Shown: positions 13,766 through 27,470 of the stretch, one piece after another | Position numbering within the stretch: the stretch's first letter is position 1 | Layout: each line of letters begins with the position of its first letter | Source: Eledone cirrhosa | Lineage: Eukaryota | Direction of reading: 5' to 3' | DNA: 64,000 bases | NCBI GenBank assembly: GCA_964016885.1 | Contig: OZ024750.1 | Coordinates: 11,036,001 to 11,100,000 of the forward strand | Notes under the pieces: model-generated | Seen by the model: only the letters and a program-made list of their open reading frames with translations | What the model was told of the DNA's origin: nothing | The model's database searches: none | Translations under genes and position numbers: made by a program

Positions 13766-14825
13766 AACATGCATACTAATGTTCACTTTCCCATGTGTGC
13801 GGTTATAATATAATTATTGTTTTGGTGAAATGTATGTACATTATTAGTTTCCAAAAAACACACCTTTTGTTCTATTATCAATTCCTTTATTTTTCTGTAA
13901 AATATTTGCAATATTCTACTCATCACGTTTGTCTTGCAGGTCCGTTTTTCTTTCTATTATTTAGGTAAATATACAACTCTTTCATTCTTTATCGATCCTT
14001 TTATTCTTTTAATTCAAGATAATATTTGCATCAGCTTCTACTTTTTTATGATGAGTTATCGTCAGTGAATATTTGTGAGACTTGGAGGACTTTGGGAACG
14101 TCTTTTGTTTTACTTGAGAGTAAATCAGTTGTATCTTTTGTACCATATCACTTCTAACATTCTTTTTTTCATAGTTCGTTATAAATATATGCATAGTCAC
14201 GAACATATTTATTATATATAATTCAGTTGCTATATATTCGTTTTTATAGCCTTTCTTAGACAACCATTTTTGTGTTAAATATGAGAAAATATTCTAAATA
14301 TTATTCTCTGGATTACTGTTCCATCTACGGTATCTTGTTTACTTTGATGGACTCTGGCAGTTGGCAGCTTGTTTTTATTATTTGATTTGAGCACGTTCTC
14401 TTGCACTACAATACACTTCTCATGTTATTGCTTTACTTCGAAACAAGATCATATTAAACACTGGCATTTACATTCAGCCTTGACAACTTGAGGCTGATAT
14501 TCCTCTTTCCGCTATTTGTTTATCCTCCCTGGGTCTCCATTTCACGTACGTCCCCATATTGTATGATTGTAAACAAACATATATATGTTTTATCTGTGAG
14601 ATTAGGATAAATACATTATGACTGATTTTTTTATAACATTCAATATGAGATTTGTATAGACAAACCCGTCTAGGAATTTGCCTTACTTTTATCTACCAGA
14701 TTTGTTTTATAAAGACTACAGTAAAACCACAAGTTTCAATACTGATCATGTTCAAAATAAAGGTATTAACATATAATTTAAACAGATACAAACAATTACA
14801 ATTACAATGGCTCACCTACAAATGA

Positions 14826-15119
14826 ATATCAACTCTATATATTCCCTAAGTCTTAAATATAGACACAGGAACATATATCAACTCTATATATTCCCTAAGT
14901 CTTAAATATAGACACATGAACATATATCAACTCTATATATTCCCTAAGTCTTAAATATAGACACAGGAACATATATCAACTCTATATATTCCCTAAGTCT
15001 TAAATATAGACACAGGAACATATATCAATTATATATATTCCCTAAGTCTTAAATATAGACACAGCAACATATATCAATTATATATATTCCCTCAGTCTTA
15101 AATATAGACACAGGAATAT
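14826..15119. repeat. minisatellite, 49 bp x about 6
   Basis: Unit ATATCAACTCTATATATTCCCTAAGTCTTAAATATAGACACAGGAACAT. Confidence 0.95.
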
Positions 15120-15192
15120 ACACGTTACATCACTGATATTGACATATAAACTTTTCAATGTTCCATACGTTTTCTCCGAAAACTGAACAATT

Positions 15193-15736
15193 TACGTTGA
15201 CGAAGGACTATATATAGTACAACATACGTTGACGAAGGACTATATCTACTACAACATACGTTGACGAAGGACTATATCTACTACAACATACGTTGACGAA
15301 GGACTATATCTACTACAACATACGTTGACGAAGGACTATATCTACTACAACATACGTTGACGAAGAACTATATCTACTACAACATACGTTGACGAAGGAC
15401 TATATCTACTACAACATACGTTGACGAAGGACTATATATACTACAACATACGTTGACGAAGGACTATATCTACTACAACATACGTTGACGAAGGACTATA
15501 TCTACTACAACATACGTTGACGAAGGACTATATATACTACAACATACGTTGACGAAGGACTATGTCTACTACAACATACGTTGACGAAGGACTATATCTT
15601 CTACAACATACGTTGACGAAGGACTATATCTAGTACAACATACGTTGACGAAGGACTATATCTTCTACAACATACGTTGACGAAGAACTATATCTAGTAC
15701 AACATACGTTGACGAAGGACTATATCTACTACAACA
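15193..15736. repeat. minisatellite, 32 bp x 17
   Basis: Unit TACGTTGACGAAGGACTATATCTACTACAACA, no spacers. Confidence 0.95.
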
Positions 15737-15747
15737 TAATATTCAAA

Positions 15748-15804
15748 ATAATTGTTTCTGCTTTAGGCACAAGGCCAGCAATTACACAGTGCATTACTGG
15801 TACT
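15748..15804 (-). mobile_element. SINE S1 3' fragment
   Basis: Tail match. Confidence 0.8.
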
Positions 15805-16460
15805 CAAAATAATGAAACTTAAGTTAAATTGAAAATTAGACAGTTAAACAAATGAGAAAAGTTAGTGTGTTGTCAAGTAACATTAACTAATCAAACCTCT
15901 AATCATAGTATATGTATCAATCTCATGTATCAATAGAGCTCAGAGAATTAGTTGTGGCAGGAATACATCAAAACGGAAATAGTATCATGTGATTCTGAAA
16001 TCCACTAAAGCATTATTTGCATCGAATAATAAAATCGACATGTTCTTATAGTCAGGTAACATTTTATTGTCGGCAATACTTAAATTGGATATATTGTAAA
16101 ATCTAATTTATTACTCCTTTTATTTAACTTTCACCAATAATAGGAATAATAAACATTACTCACCTAGGCAAAAAGCATTAAAATGTTGGGTGGAGTTAGT
16201 TAATTAAATCTACTTTTACTGATTCTTTATTTTCTTTATTTTGTTGACACCAGAATTTTAAAAGGTAAAATAAGCAATCGCAACTAAATGCTGCAAATAA
16301 TTTCGACCGATGATCTAATTTATCTGATACGAAGATTATTAAAACTGACCAAATATGTGTTTTGCAATTTAAAATACTTTCCTGCAAAAATCAGTAGTGT
16401 TGTATATGGAAGCGAACTTACAGTCAAACATAGAATATTGTATTTAGATTAGTTAAGTAG

Positions 16461-16628
16461 CAAAGCATTCATATGGCTAATATTTGTGGAAATATTCCTG
16501 CAAAACTTTCTGAAGCCTTATCCAAGCTATTTTCAGACCTGGAATAAACATTGAGAAAATAGCTTGGATAAGGCTTCAGAAAGTTTTGCAGGAATATTTC
16601 CACAAATATTAGCCATATGAATGCTTTG
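16461..16628. repeat. perfect 74 bp inverted repeat with 20 nt spacer
   Basis: 16461-16534 is the exact reverse complement of 16555-16628. Confidence 0.95.
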
Positions 16629-17175
16629 GATAATTTGTTTTAGTTTTCATATAGAAGATAAAATGACGATAAGTGACAAATAATTGAAATTGAAAACAGT
16701 ACTAAGACTGACAGAACTATAGTATTGCAAAGGAAATGGACGCAATTTAACAGACTGAACTTACGTTAGCAACAAAGGGAACGTGTATTATATTATAATC
16801 ATATCAATGACAAGCAAAAATATTTCATGTAATTTTCCTTGAAAGTAGGAAAATGTGCGAAACAATAAGATTGATATGTGCCTAGAATGTTAATACGGAT
16901 CCATAAGTGTGTATGTAGGTGTAAATGCATTTCTGCACCGAATATACTTCATTGATTTACATTCTAGATCTTTCCTTTTCTCAAGATCTACTATACAGAC
17001 ATATATACGCCTATGCATAGAGTGCTTGATTTGGTACCAACACAAGCTTTTTCATCGTACCCCCCCCCCACACACACACACACACTAGTGTGTGTGTGTG
17101 TGTGTGTGAGCTCTTCGCACGGCAAAACCTATAATAAATATATATATATGGGATAACTAGTTATATATACATATA

Positions 17176-17359
17176 ACTTCTTCTACTTTAGGCACAAGGC
17201 CAGCAATTATCCAGTGCATTACTGGTACTTTATTTTATCGACCCCGTAAGGATGACAGGCAAAGTCAAACTCGGCGGGATTTGAACTCAGATCGTAAAGG
17301 GACGTAACTATGCTGGAAAGCATGGCGTCCGACCCTCCACCGATACTGCCAATCCACCG
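17176..17359 (-). mobile_element. SINE S1
   Basis: Full-length reverse copy. Confidence 0.92.
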
Positions 17360-17454
17360 CGCAGAGTTAAATACTCGTATCAATACTCTGTAATTAATGA
17401 GCTCAAAGTATAAAAACCGAACACTTTATAATATAATATATAGAAATACAAGAG

Positions 17455-17521
<67 letters not shown>

Positions 17522-17658
17522 TGAGGGAGAGTCAGAGAGATAATAACCAAGTTATTTTAAAATATAATTTTATTTCTACATATATTTCATTGTAGAGCGG
17601 CAGGTCATACCAGGAAAACCCCAATATTACCATACATATACTAATGCGTTTGTGTGTG

Positions 17659-17720
<62 letters not shown>

Positions 17721-18303
17721 TAATTACGTTTGCTTTGACCCATTTCTCTATCCAAAGTTGAATGAGAATCTTAAGCGAGAAAGCGAAAATACGAGAAACC
17801 TCTAAAAAGCTCAGAAAATATATTGACATTTTGCCTCTTCAATATAATTGTGTACAGGAATGCCACAACTCTGTGTTGCTGGGCAAATAAGATTGATTAA
17901 GCTTGGATATCATTAAAGTAAATGGATTACATTTTAAAGTGCTATATGGCTCTATTTAATGATACCATTGAATGATATTTAATATCAGGTTTCCTAACAA
18001 CACATCGTTTTACTAAATTTGATGAAATAATTCTGTGTAGAATTATTTAAGGTAAATATGGATTAATTTCGAGCTGACGTTGACAGGGAAGATATTCAAA
18101 CTTAATATTCTTCCATTCAAATCAAATGATATATTACTTATCAATATTTGCCCTTATCAAATATATTGATCTACCTTAATTAAAAACACAGCCAAATATA
18201 CTAAAGAAGGAATTAATTAATGGGTTTCACGACGGTGGTTTATAACTGGAATATACATTTTTATCTCTGTTTTTGGACCACTAATTAAAAGGATAAAACA
18301 TAA

Positions 18304-18528
18304 ATAATTGTTTCTACTTTAGGCACAAGGCCAGCAATTTGGGTGAGAAGGGTAAAGTGGATTAAATCGATCCCAGTGATTTTCTGGTACTTTATTTTAT
18401 CTACCCTGTGATGATGTAAGACAAAGCTAAACTCGGTGGGTGGGATTTGAAATCGGAACGTAAAAAGCCGTAACTCTATGCTGCAAAGCAGGTAGTTCGG
18501 CGTTCTACCGATACTGCCAATCCACCGC
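18304..18528 (-). mobile_element. SINE S1, long-tail variant
   Basis: Reverse copy, more diverged. Confidence 0.88.
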
Positions 18529-19437
18529 TGCTAAAACCAGCAGAACAACTGCAGGCCTTAAGAGACATATGTGCGTTCATTGATTCTAGACGCACTAATT
18601 TGTTTTTATATTTAAAAGAAATAATCCTTGCTGAACCCTAATTTGTCGTTTTCAAAGAGAGGATCCACCAGCATATACGTGTGTGTGGGGTGGGTGGTGA
18701 GAGTGTGAGAGTGTGTGAGAGTGTGAGATGTGAGAGAAAGTGTGTGAGAGAGAGTGTGAGAGTGTGAGGGAGTGAGTGAATGAGAGAGTGAGTGTGTGTG
18801 TGTCTGCGTGTGTGTGCGTGTGTGTGAGTGAGACTGTGTTTGTGTAAAACCCTGAAGTTTTAAAACATGTCTGCAACTACATAGTAATGAGTAAACATAA
18901 ACATAAGGAACAGATTAGAACTTTGGATTAGAAGAATCTTAAGACTATCGTACACACACTATAGCTGTATTTATTTACGGTACTACGTGCTGAAACAACA
19001 TCATATGGAGGCCAGTAATGGCATTCATCCTTCAGATGGACGTAAGATAAATAATAATCGACTTTGGGATCGATGTAATCTACTGTTCCAAAACCAAAAT
19101 CGATAAAGCTAATTACCCGTTAATGTATAACCAGATGGCCAAAGTGTCAACGATTTGACACTGTGTGAACTGACGCATTGATAACAGTAAATAAAGTTTA
19201 CAAATTTGACACGGAGGATATATTCAATATCATAATAATACGTTATATTGAATGGTTTTAAATTTATATTGCTGTTTCAATATCGTATTATAGAATTCCA
19301 TGGATGTTACAGATATAATACATGTATTTAAGAAGTATTTAAATATATCGACGTAAATATACAAGCATATGCATAAATTGCATAAATAAATCGTATCGAA
19401 GGATAGATTAGTCTAAATGTACATACACACATGTATG

Positions 19438-19556
<119 letters not shown>

Positions 19557-19749
19557 ACACACACACACACACACACAAATATACGTGCACAAGTATAGCT
19601 CTTTTTACAAAACGTGTTTTTTTCCATTTCAGGTAGACGCACTCCATCATATACTTTTCTAAAAAATAAATCATACACAAAACGCCAGCACCAACAGTTT
19701 TGCAAGAGATGTCAACATGAATGGACGTGTTATTTTTTAATCTAAAGAC

Positions 19750-19878
19750 ATGTTTTCCAATTCCAACCCGCCCGTCCCCTCAATCGATCTTATTTTTCAT
19801 TCTATATCAAGCAATAACCTAATATATCCCTTCCATATACTGTACCGATTGTGTTGTTATTTCTGTTTACCTTTTCTA
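19750..19878 (+). mobile_element. family H copy with the HHR deleted
   Basis: Aligns to 58571-58745 but lacks the roughly 55 nt spanning the HHR; ends in TATATA. Confidence 0.75.
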
Positions 19879-20871
19879 TATATATACACAGACAGAGAGA
19901 TGAGTTTAAAATTACAACCAGGTAAATATATTGTGTAATGCAAAGTAGTATTGGGAAAATTAGTAAATACGTTTATAATCGATAAAATCTATAAATATGT
20001 TAATAAATACCTGTACATCATGAATAAGTTTAAACACTCATATCTAGATTGGTTGATACGAATATAAATGTTTATTTGGAGAAAGATGTCTTGATTGATA
20101 AGAAAGTGATTTTGGTAGAAATCAGCAGGGAAAAACTTTGAGACTTTATATCAGAAGAACACATCAACAAGTTATGTTGCAATTGCATTGCATTGCATTG
20201 CCAGAAATAGAATTATTAGGAATAACGATTTCGTCTCAAACACTATACACATCATTGTATAATGACATCGTCTATTGTATCTATAGCTAGCTATAATTAT
20301 ATAAAAACGTTTCCCCAAGAGTTATGCTATGTCGATGATGTCTTTTATGTTAACTATTGTGTTCTAGTGAATATTTGATTTCAAATATAGTGAGATTTTC
20401 CCCCCTCGTTCATTTATTATCTTTAGCGTGTTTTATTACGTTATACATCAAAGATTATGACATATATTTATGTGTTATATTTCAAAGCTTCCTCTTTGAT
20501 ATTCCATTATCACTTTCAAAGTAGTACGGAATTGAACCTGAGTAATAGCAGAAACACTAAAATTGCAGTGTGGGCTTATTAATGTATTTATTTTATATTT
20601 TAATCCTCTTATCTTTACGAGTTCAAATTCCACAGAGGGAAACTTGAATTTTCATCGGTCTAGTGTCTCTAATTTGCTCATTTGGTTAGTTGTTTGAGTT
20701 GCCAAATAATTTAGCTTTCTCACAAATCACGAGGTATCTGTTTCTCATTTACTTCTACGTTCCACCCAATTAGATCTACACAGTTGCTGAGAAATCAAGA
20801 CTATGTGATAGTGTCACTATTTCTATTAACTTTTCCATTGTTAATCTATATTAGACAAGTCAGTCAATCAT

Positions 20872-21011
20872 TTGGTGGCCTCCCCACAGCCCCGGCGGGC
20901 AGAATGGAGAAAGCGTTTCCCTGGAGGACGGCAAGGGAGACGCGCTGGAAGAGCCATTCCAACTCGCGAGGCTCACACCTGCGGCTGGCCAGCTCAGCGC
21001 CTATGGTGGTG
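20872..21011 (-). mobile_element. CRE-clade LINE 3' fragment
   Basis: Homologous to 46987-47121. Confidence 0.8.
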
Positions 21012-22187
21012 TTATGGTTTCAAATCATATTTATTATATTTCCACTTCAGTTTTTACGATTAAGGCTCTTGAAATTATAAGGAAATTTCAATTTTTCAGT
21101 GTTTCCTTCGTCTAAAGTATTTTACGTATGTAGAATAAGGTTTGTTAATTTCAAGAAAATGACAGATGATTGAAATATTAACGTCAATAAACCCACCTTT
21201 GCAACAAATACGAAGTCAGCAAAGAGTCAACTATACAAATATAATTAATTGTTGGTAACAATCATTCTATTTCCTCCCTGATGAAAATCTAGAAGAAATG
21301 GTTTATGTTACAACAATTCACTGCTTGATAAAATCACGCTGGTTAATAAAGAGATCATTATAAAATGATTGACAAACGTTCACTAAAATTTGTGTAAACT
21401 GGCATCAGAAGGTATAGTTTCTCGATACATTCACGTTGTCACTGCGTTGAGAAGAACTATTCCCGAATATAAAGGAAATATTCTACTACAGCTGCTGCTA
21501 CTACAGCTACTACTTCAACGACTACTGCTGCTACTACTGCTGTGATGTATGACGACGACCACTACGAATTTAATTGAACAAACCAGCAACCACACACCCG
21601 AGTTCCATAGAAATTCAAATGTCAAAAGAAAATAATCTACTATAAGCAGCAACTGTTTTACAAGAACTTTTACAACGTGTGAGAAGTGAGAAATTGTTCA
21701 TGCGTTGACCAAAGATCTCAAATTACTCTGTATACAAAACATGATTTGAAATAGTAAATTTAGAAATCAAATTTGAAATCTTCACTTAAAATATCTGTAG
21801 GCGTTTTGTCGTAATCACCGAATCTTAAATAATATCGTAAGCTATTGTGAAGGCAAAACTATATATTCTCAGGCAAAATGCCCTCTAGTACAGATATACT
21901 GCCAGTCGCGGTTTTGTTACCAACGTGGTGTTGGATGTATGCTTATGTAATTAAATACACACATACAAACACACACACACACACATATGTCTCGCTGTAT
22001 ATGTGTATATATTCATATATTTTCATACGTGTAAAAGTTTGTCTCTTTAAGGATATATGTATATATCGACGTAGATTTCTATAAACTCATTAAAATTTGC
22101 TTTTAAAGTTTTTAAATTTAAGTTTCTATCAATATTCTGCTGCGATCGGTCGAACACCTAAACCCACAAAATATTTACCCCATGGCA

Positions 22188-22720
22188 GAGAAGATTATTG
22201 GAATAGTGCCAAGATGTGTATGCTTGTTTCGTAAACATCGAATATTTATACGACCCCTTTCAAGGGGCATTATTGGTGAAGATTCTGCAAGAGTATGGGG
22301 TCGATAGACAGTTTCTTATTGCCTTGAAGTAAACGAATGTTCTGGTATTAGTGTTCGGATAAATGCTGCTAATTCGAAACCATTCACCATACGTATAGTT
22401 ACTTCTGTTCATAATCTTCTTGAACAGAATTAACATGCGTTGCAGGTTTGAAAGATCGGTGGAGCCAAGTTCAGTTGGTTAGACTATGCAGACGACATGC
22501 TACTACTTAACTCATACGAAAGATGGTATCCGACATGCATTTGATAGGTTTGTTGCTGAGTGCTGCCCGACAGGAATGAATATCTGGCCTCCTCTCGTGG
22601 AATCCTGAATAGGGTACTTTGCGTGTAAATGGAGCTCCACAGAAGAAGCAGACGGTAAATTATCTCGGAGCCGCGAAGAAGAAATCTGCATTTTAGTTAG
22701 GAGTAACATTCACAACGATG
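22188..22720 (+). pseudogene. decayed RTE-type reverse transcriptase fragment
   Basis: Frameshifted pieces VYACFVNIE, KILQEYGVD, SVRINAANSKPFTI, SWLDYADDMLLL (YADD at 22485-22496), AFDRFVAEC..GMNI, NYLG, LGVTFTT. Confidence 0.85.
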
Positions 22721-23426
22721 CGGATAAAATCCTTTTGAGGAAAAGTAAATGATTGGGGCGTCCATATTCAGGAAGATCACGTTAGGCATTTTCCCTCCCC
22801 GAGGAAGGACTTTCTTCAAATCAACAAACTCTTCTCTCCTCAAAATAATGCCAACAAGAATAATTTGATTATTTTACTAACAAATCAATTTTTGGCAATA
22901 CTGTACACATTTCTGGTTTCATGTGTTTCTACTAGTTTAATAATATAGATTTTATATATAATATATATATATAAAAATACATGAACACCTACATATGGAC
23001 AACTAAAAACTCATATGTTTAGGTTATACGTACAATAACATGGCAGTTTATATGTCCAAGTTTGTAATTATATACAAGTTTATGGTCGTTTTACTTCTAT
23101 ATAAGGAAGACATTACAATATAAAAAAAACATAAATGTTTACGATAACTATCAAATGTCGTCTGATTAAACGGCATATTTTCTATAACTTTACTTCGAAA
23201 GACAACGTACCATGTATTGAAAACAATTTAGAATCTCTCCACAAATAAGTTAGCTCAAAGCAACTGAGGAGCAATAGCCTTTGATCAAATTTATTCGTTT
23301 ACCAAACTGCCTTCAATTGCATTATATGATCTTGTTTATATTACAGTAAGCGGTGTTGAGTACACTTTTCAATTTATTCTGTCTGCTTTCACTATTTTAC
23401 AGGTAATAAATGTGTATTAGCGTATA

Positions 23427-23457
<31 letters not shown>

Positions 23458-23849
23458 GACACACACACATATATATAAATATATAGACACACACACACAT
23501 ACATATATATATATAGACACACACACACACATATATATATATAGACACACACATATACATATATATACGTGTTGTGTATATATATATATACTTGTTCTGC
23601 CAAAGAGAAATATACAGAGTTGTGTGTGTATCTCTATATACATATATGTGTGTATATATATATATATCTATGTGAGTGTGTGTGGTGTGTATATATATAT
23701 ATATGTGTTGTGTGTGATGTGTGTGCGTATTATACTTATATATATTTGTGTGCCCCTCTTTATATATGTCTTCTATATAGATATTTTATATAATAGTGAA
23801 AACAGTTTTGAGAAATGTTATTATTTATGAAAAGGTCAATTGAAAAGAT

Positions 23850-23938
23850 ATAATTGTTTCTACGTTTTGGCATAAATACCCAGTGCATTACTGGTACTTT
23901 ATTTTATCGACCCCGTAAGGATGAAACACAAAGTTAAA
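23850..23938 (-). mobile_element. SINE S1 fragment
   Basis: Core and tail match. Confidence 0.8.
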
Positions 23939-24039
23939 TGTCTGCCTAAAATGTTAATTAGTTGATGTGCCTTAGAGAAATATACAGAGTTGTCGGTCAA
24001 AAAGAGCTTGGCACATCTCTCTCTCATATATATATATAT

Positions 24040-24180
24040 AAAGAGTCAGGACCCTGACGGCTGAGCTACGGCCGTTGCGGCTGCTAGATCCGAACTAAAC
24101 CAGTAGTGTTAGGACGGTAGTGATCTAGCTAAACTTATCAAGGAGTACAGTCCATATATGGGCGTGTAATCAAAACATAA
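24040..24180 (-). mobile_element. family B relative with complete but mutated long-stem-II HHR (24051-24146)
   Basis: Minus strand actcc-TTGATAA..GCTAGATC..GATCTAGC..GCAA-CGGC-cgtagctca-GCCG-TC-agggt; ends at (TA)n. Confidence 0.65.
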
Positions 24181-24271
24181 CAGTAGTATCATATCAAACA
24201 ATCCTAAATATTGTTGTTTTTCTTTTCTCTCACGGGGAGTGGTCAAAGATTTTGGGATGTCGTATACATAG

Positions 24272-24450
24272 TGAAGCGCGTGGTTGACTGGTTAGAGAAT
24301 GTGAGTACGATTCCCGGACCGGGTGATGCGTTATGTTCTTGAACAAGACATGTTACTTCACATTGCTCCTACCTGGAGTTGCGACCGATAAACAGTATTA
24401 GCAATGAGAAAGACCATTGGAAACATTGTTTCCTCGGTCCGATTTGACGA
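24272..24450 (+). mobile_element. decayed CORE-like tRNA SINE
   Basis: tRNA-like head GAGTACGATTCCCGG followed by TGTTCTTGAACAAGACATG..CACATTGCTCC. Confidence 0.55.
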
Positions 24451-24642
24451 AAGTAGATTGAATGTCGATATATATATGTATATATATATATATATATATA
24501 GTGGTATAAAACCGGGAGGTTATATCCGTAGTAAGTAGAGCACCCAGTCCAGAGTATGAGTTCGGTATAGAGTTATTTCCACAACAAATTAGCAAAGCCA
24601 TGCTCGAGGAGGTGCGTTTTAGAGAGAGAGATAGAGAGAGAG

Positions 24643-24737
<95 letters not shown>

Positions 24738-24836
24738 ACTGGAAGGCAATATCCTTAGTGGTAGAGCACTCAGTCCATGGGACGAGTTTGCGCGTTCATA
24801 CGTTTGTTCTTCCTGTTCCGTATAACCATGACCAGT

Positions 24837-24877
24837 CCGAGCTGAAGATCTACAAAAGGTGAAACAATTGTTCTCGG
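24837..24877 (+). ncRNA. minimal Type I hammerhead ribozyme candidate
   Basis: CCGAG-CTGAAGA-tct-acaaa-agg-t-GAAAC-aatt-GTT-CTCGG: 5 bp stem I, intact core, weak stem II, palindromic stem III. Confidence 0.6.
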
Positions 24878-26144
24878 TGTGGTGAACTAACTGTTGTGTT
24901 ACTACATCTAAAGAGAGAGGGAGTGAGAGATTACCAAGTGGAATAGTAATGATTTTACAGAATATATGACAGAATTTGCTGAATCTGAAACGTATGTATT
25001 TTTGTATCTTGACAAATACGTAGATTTCATATTACAAAATAGAAGAGTGATTACATAATACAGAAATCATGGGTAAACGCTAGAGCTGATATTACTCAGT
25101 CACATGCAAAGGTTTTGGGAATCCTGTTGTCACGTAAATCATTTTATAATATTTTCACTGTTATATTTATAACAAAACATTGAGAGAACGTCAATCTTTA
25201 ATAAATGCATTTCACGAACAGAAAAATAAAATGATAGCAATGAAATAAATATGTATATTTCATAAATCGACTAGCACAGAAACATAACCTCATTTTAATG
25301 GATTTTGCCTAATACTAAAAGTTGCATCATTTCAAATTTACGCTATCAATTTTCAATCTCCTTATCTTCAAAAAGGAAAAAAAAAAAAAGAATTAACGAC
25401 AACAACAAACTGAAATACTAAGCATTTACAAGTACCCGAAACGAAAATATATAATTCCCTGAGAAAATTTACTTCTCTCAAAGAATATAACATGACAAGT
25501 AAAAAATAAACATTTTCACACATAGAGGAATCTCGTACATCAACAGCCAAACATGAGATAGAAGTTTGATTTGAATATCTAGCGACGTGTCAGCCCTTTC
25601 CTTCTACCAAAGGAGAGATTAGTTAAATTTAGTAAATATATCCAAGGTTCCATTAATGAAATTAGCCAACAATTTACTATTAAGGAATAATAGCATGCCA
25701 CTAATTGGCTGTGAGAAGACATAGCATGGGGTATACAACTAATTACAAAATTTCAGAATTTGACATAATGGAATTTCTTTCCTCTACCTCCAACCCTTGG
25801 CTTCTAAATGCTTTAGCATTTGCAAATCATTATGTTACGTTATTTAAGCACGTACGTGTGTGCATATGTGTGTGCGTGTATGTGAGATGTGATTCTAAAT
25901 GGAAATTCAATGAGGAAAATCGACATGGTACAGTAGAATAACAATACCTACTTCTTTAACGTATGAAAAACCTCTTAACATTCTGACGTTTGCCATTCAT
26001 GAGAAAATAGAATGAAAGATAATTGAAGAAATATAATGACAGGCGTGAGTAAGGAAAGGACAGCATATGGATGATTAGTCGGCCCTTTAATGGATACATG
26101 TGTGTATACATGTAAAATGAAATGAACACATGCACAGGTTCCTG

Positions 26145-26276
26145 TATATATTATACATATATACACATATATATACATATATACATATATATATATACAT
26201 ATATATACATATATACATATATATATATATATGTATATGTATATATATATACATATATATATATACATATACATAT

Positions 26277-26310
<34 letters not shown>

Positions 26311-26580
26311 ATACATATATATATAAATATACATATATACATATATATACATATATATATACATATATATATAAATATACATATATACATATATATACAT
26401 ATATATATACATATATATATACATATACATATATATATACATATTCATATACATATACATATATATATACATATACATATACATATATACATATACATAT
26501 ATACATACACACATATACATATATACATATACATGTATATATACATATACACATATACATATATATACACATATACATAT

Positions 26581-26613
<33 letters not shown>

Positions 26614-27081
26614 TATATACATATATATACATATATACATACATATATACATATACATATATATATACATATACATATATATATATACATATATAAATAT
26701 ATATATATACATATATACACATCTATACATATATACATATATATACATATATACATATATACATATATATATACACATATATATACACATATATATACAT
26801 ATATATATACACATATATATATACATATATATATACGTATATATACACATATATATATACACATATATATACACATATATATATACACATATATATATAC
26901 ACATATATATATATACATATATATACACATATATATACATATATATATACATATATATATACATATATATATACATATATATACACATATATATACACAT
27001 ATATATATACATATATATATATACATATATATATACATATATATATATACATATATATATATATACATATATATATACATA
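26145..27081. repeat. about 940 bp degenerate (TA/CA) microsatellite
   Basis: Direct observation; source of the 345 and 347 aa pseudo-ORFs. Confidence 0.95.
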
Positions 27082-27162
27082 CTGAACGGAAAAAAAAGAT
27101 GTTTATTAGTACACATGTTACGGAGAAATCTATTTATATTTAATATTATATATATATTTATG

Positions 27163-27362
27163 TAACGAAGTAAGCGTGGTAAGGAACCAGGGGGACCATA
27201 ACGCACCAGAGTACTCGATACTTAGGGTAGAAGTGTGGGTAATAGGAAAAAAAGTCAGGACACCGACGGGTGTCGTTTCGACAGCTAGTTCTGAAAAGAT
27301 TTCCGACCTAGCTGTCGAAACAGCCGGAGCTCAGCCGCCGGGGTCCTGACTCTTTTTCTCTC
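27163..27362. mobile_element. family B diverged copy (imperfect palindrome)
   Basis: Same AACGAAG..GGTAAGGAACCAG..CCATAACGCACC tail. Arms AGTCAGGAC..GTTTCGACAGCTAG / CTAGCTGTCGAAAC..GTCCTGACT. Confidence 0.8.
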
Positions 27363-27384
27363 TCTATATATATATACATATGTG

Positions 27385-27470
<86 letters not shown>

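Noticed and set aside
15193-15736. CRISPR-like 32 bp repeat
   Set aside because: Contiguous units with no unique spacers, no cas genes, eukaryotic context.
25975-27206. Long ORFs of 250-347 aa and all other YI/HT/CV/ER-rich ORFs
   Set aside because: Translations of stop-free microsatellites.
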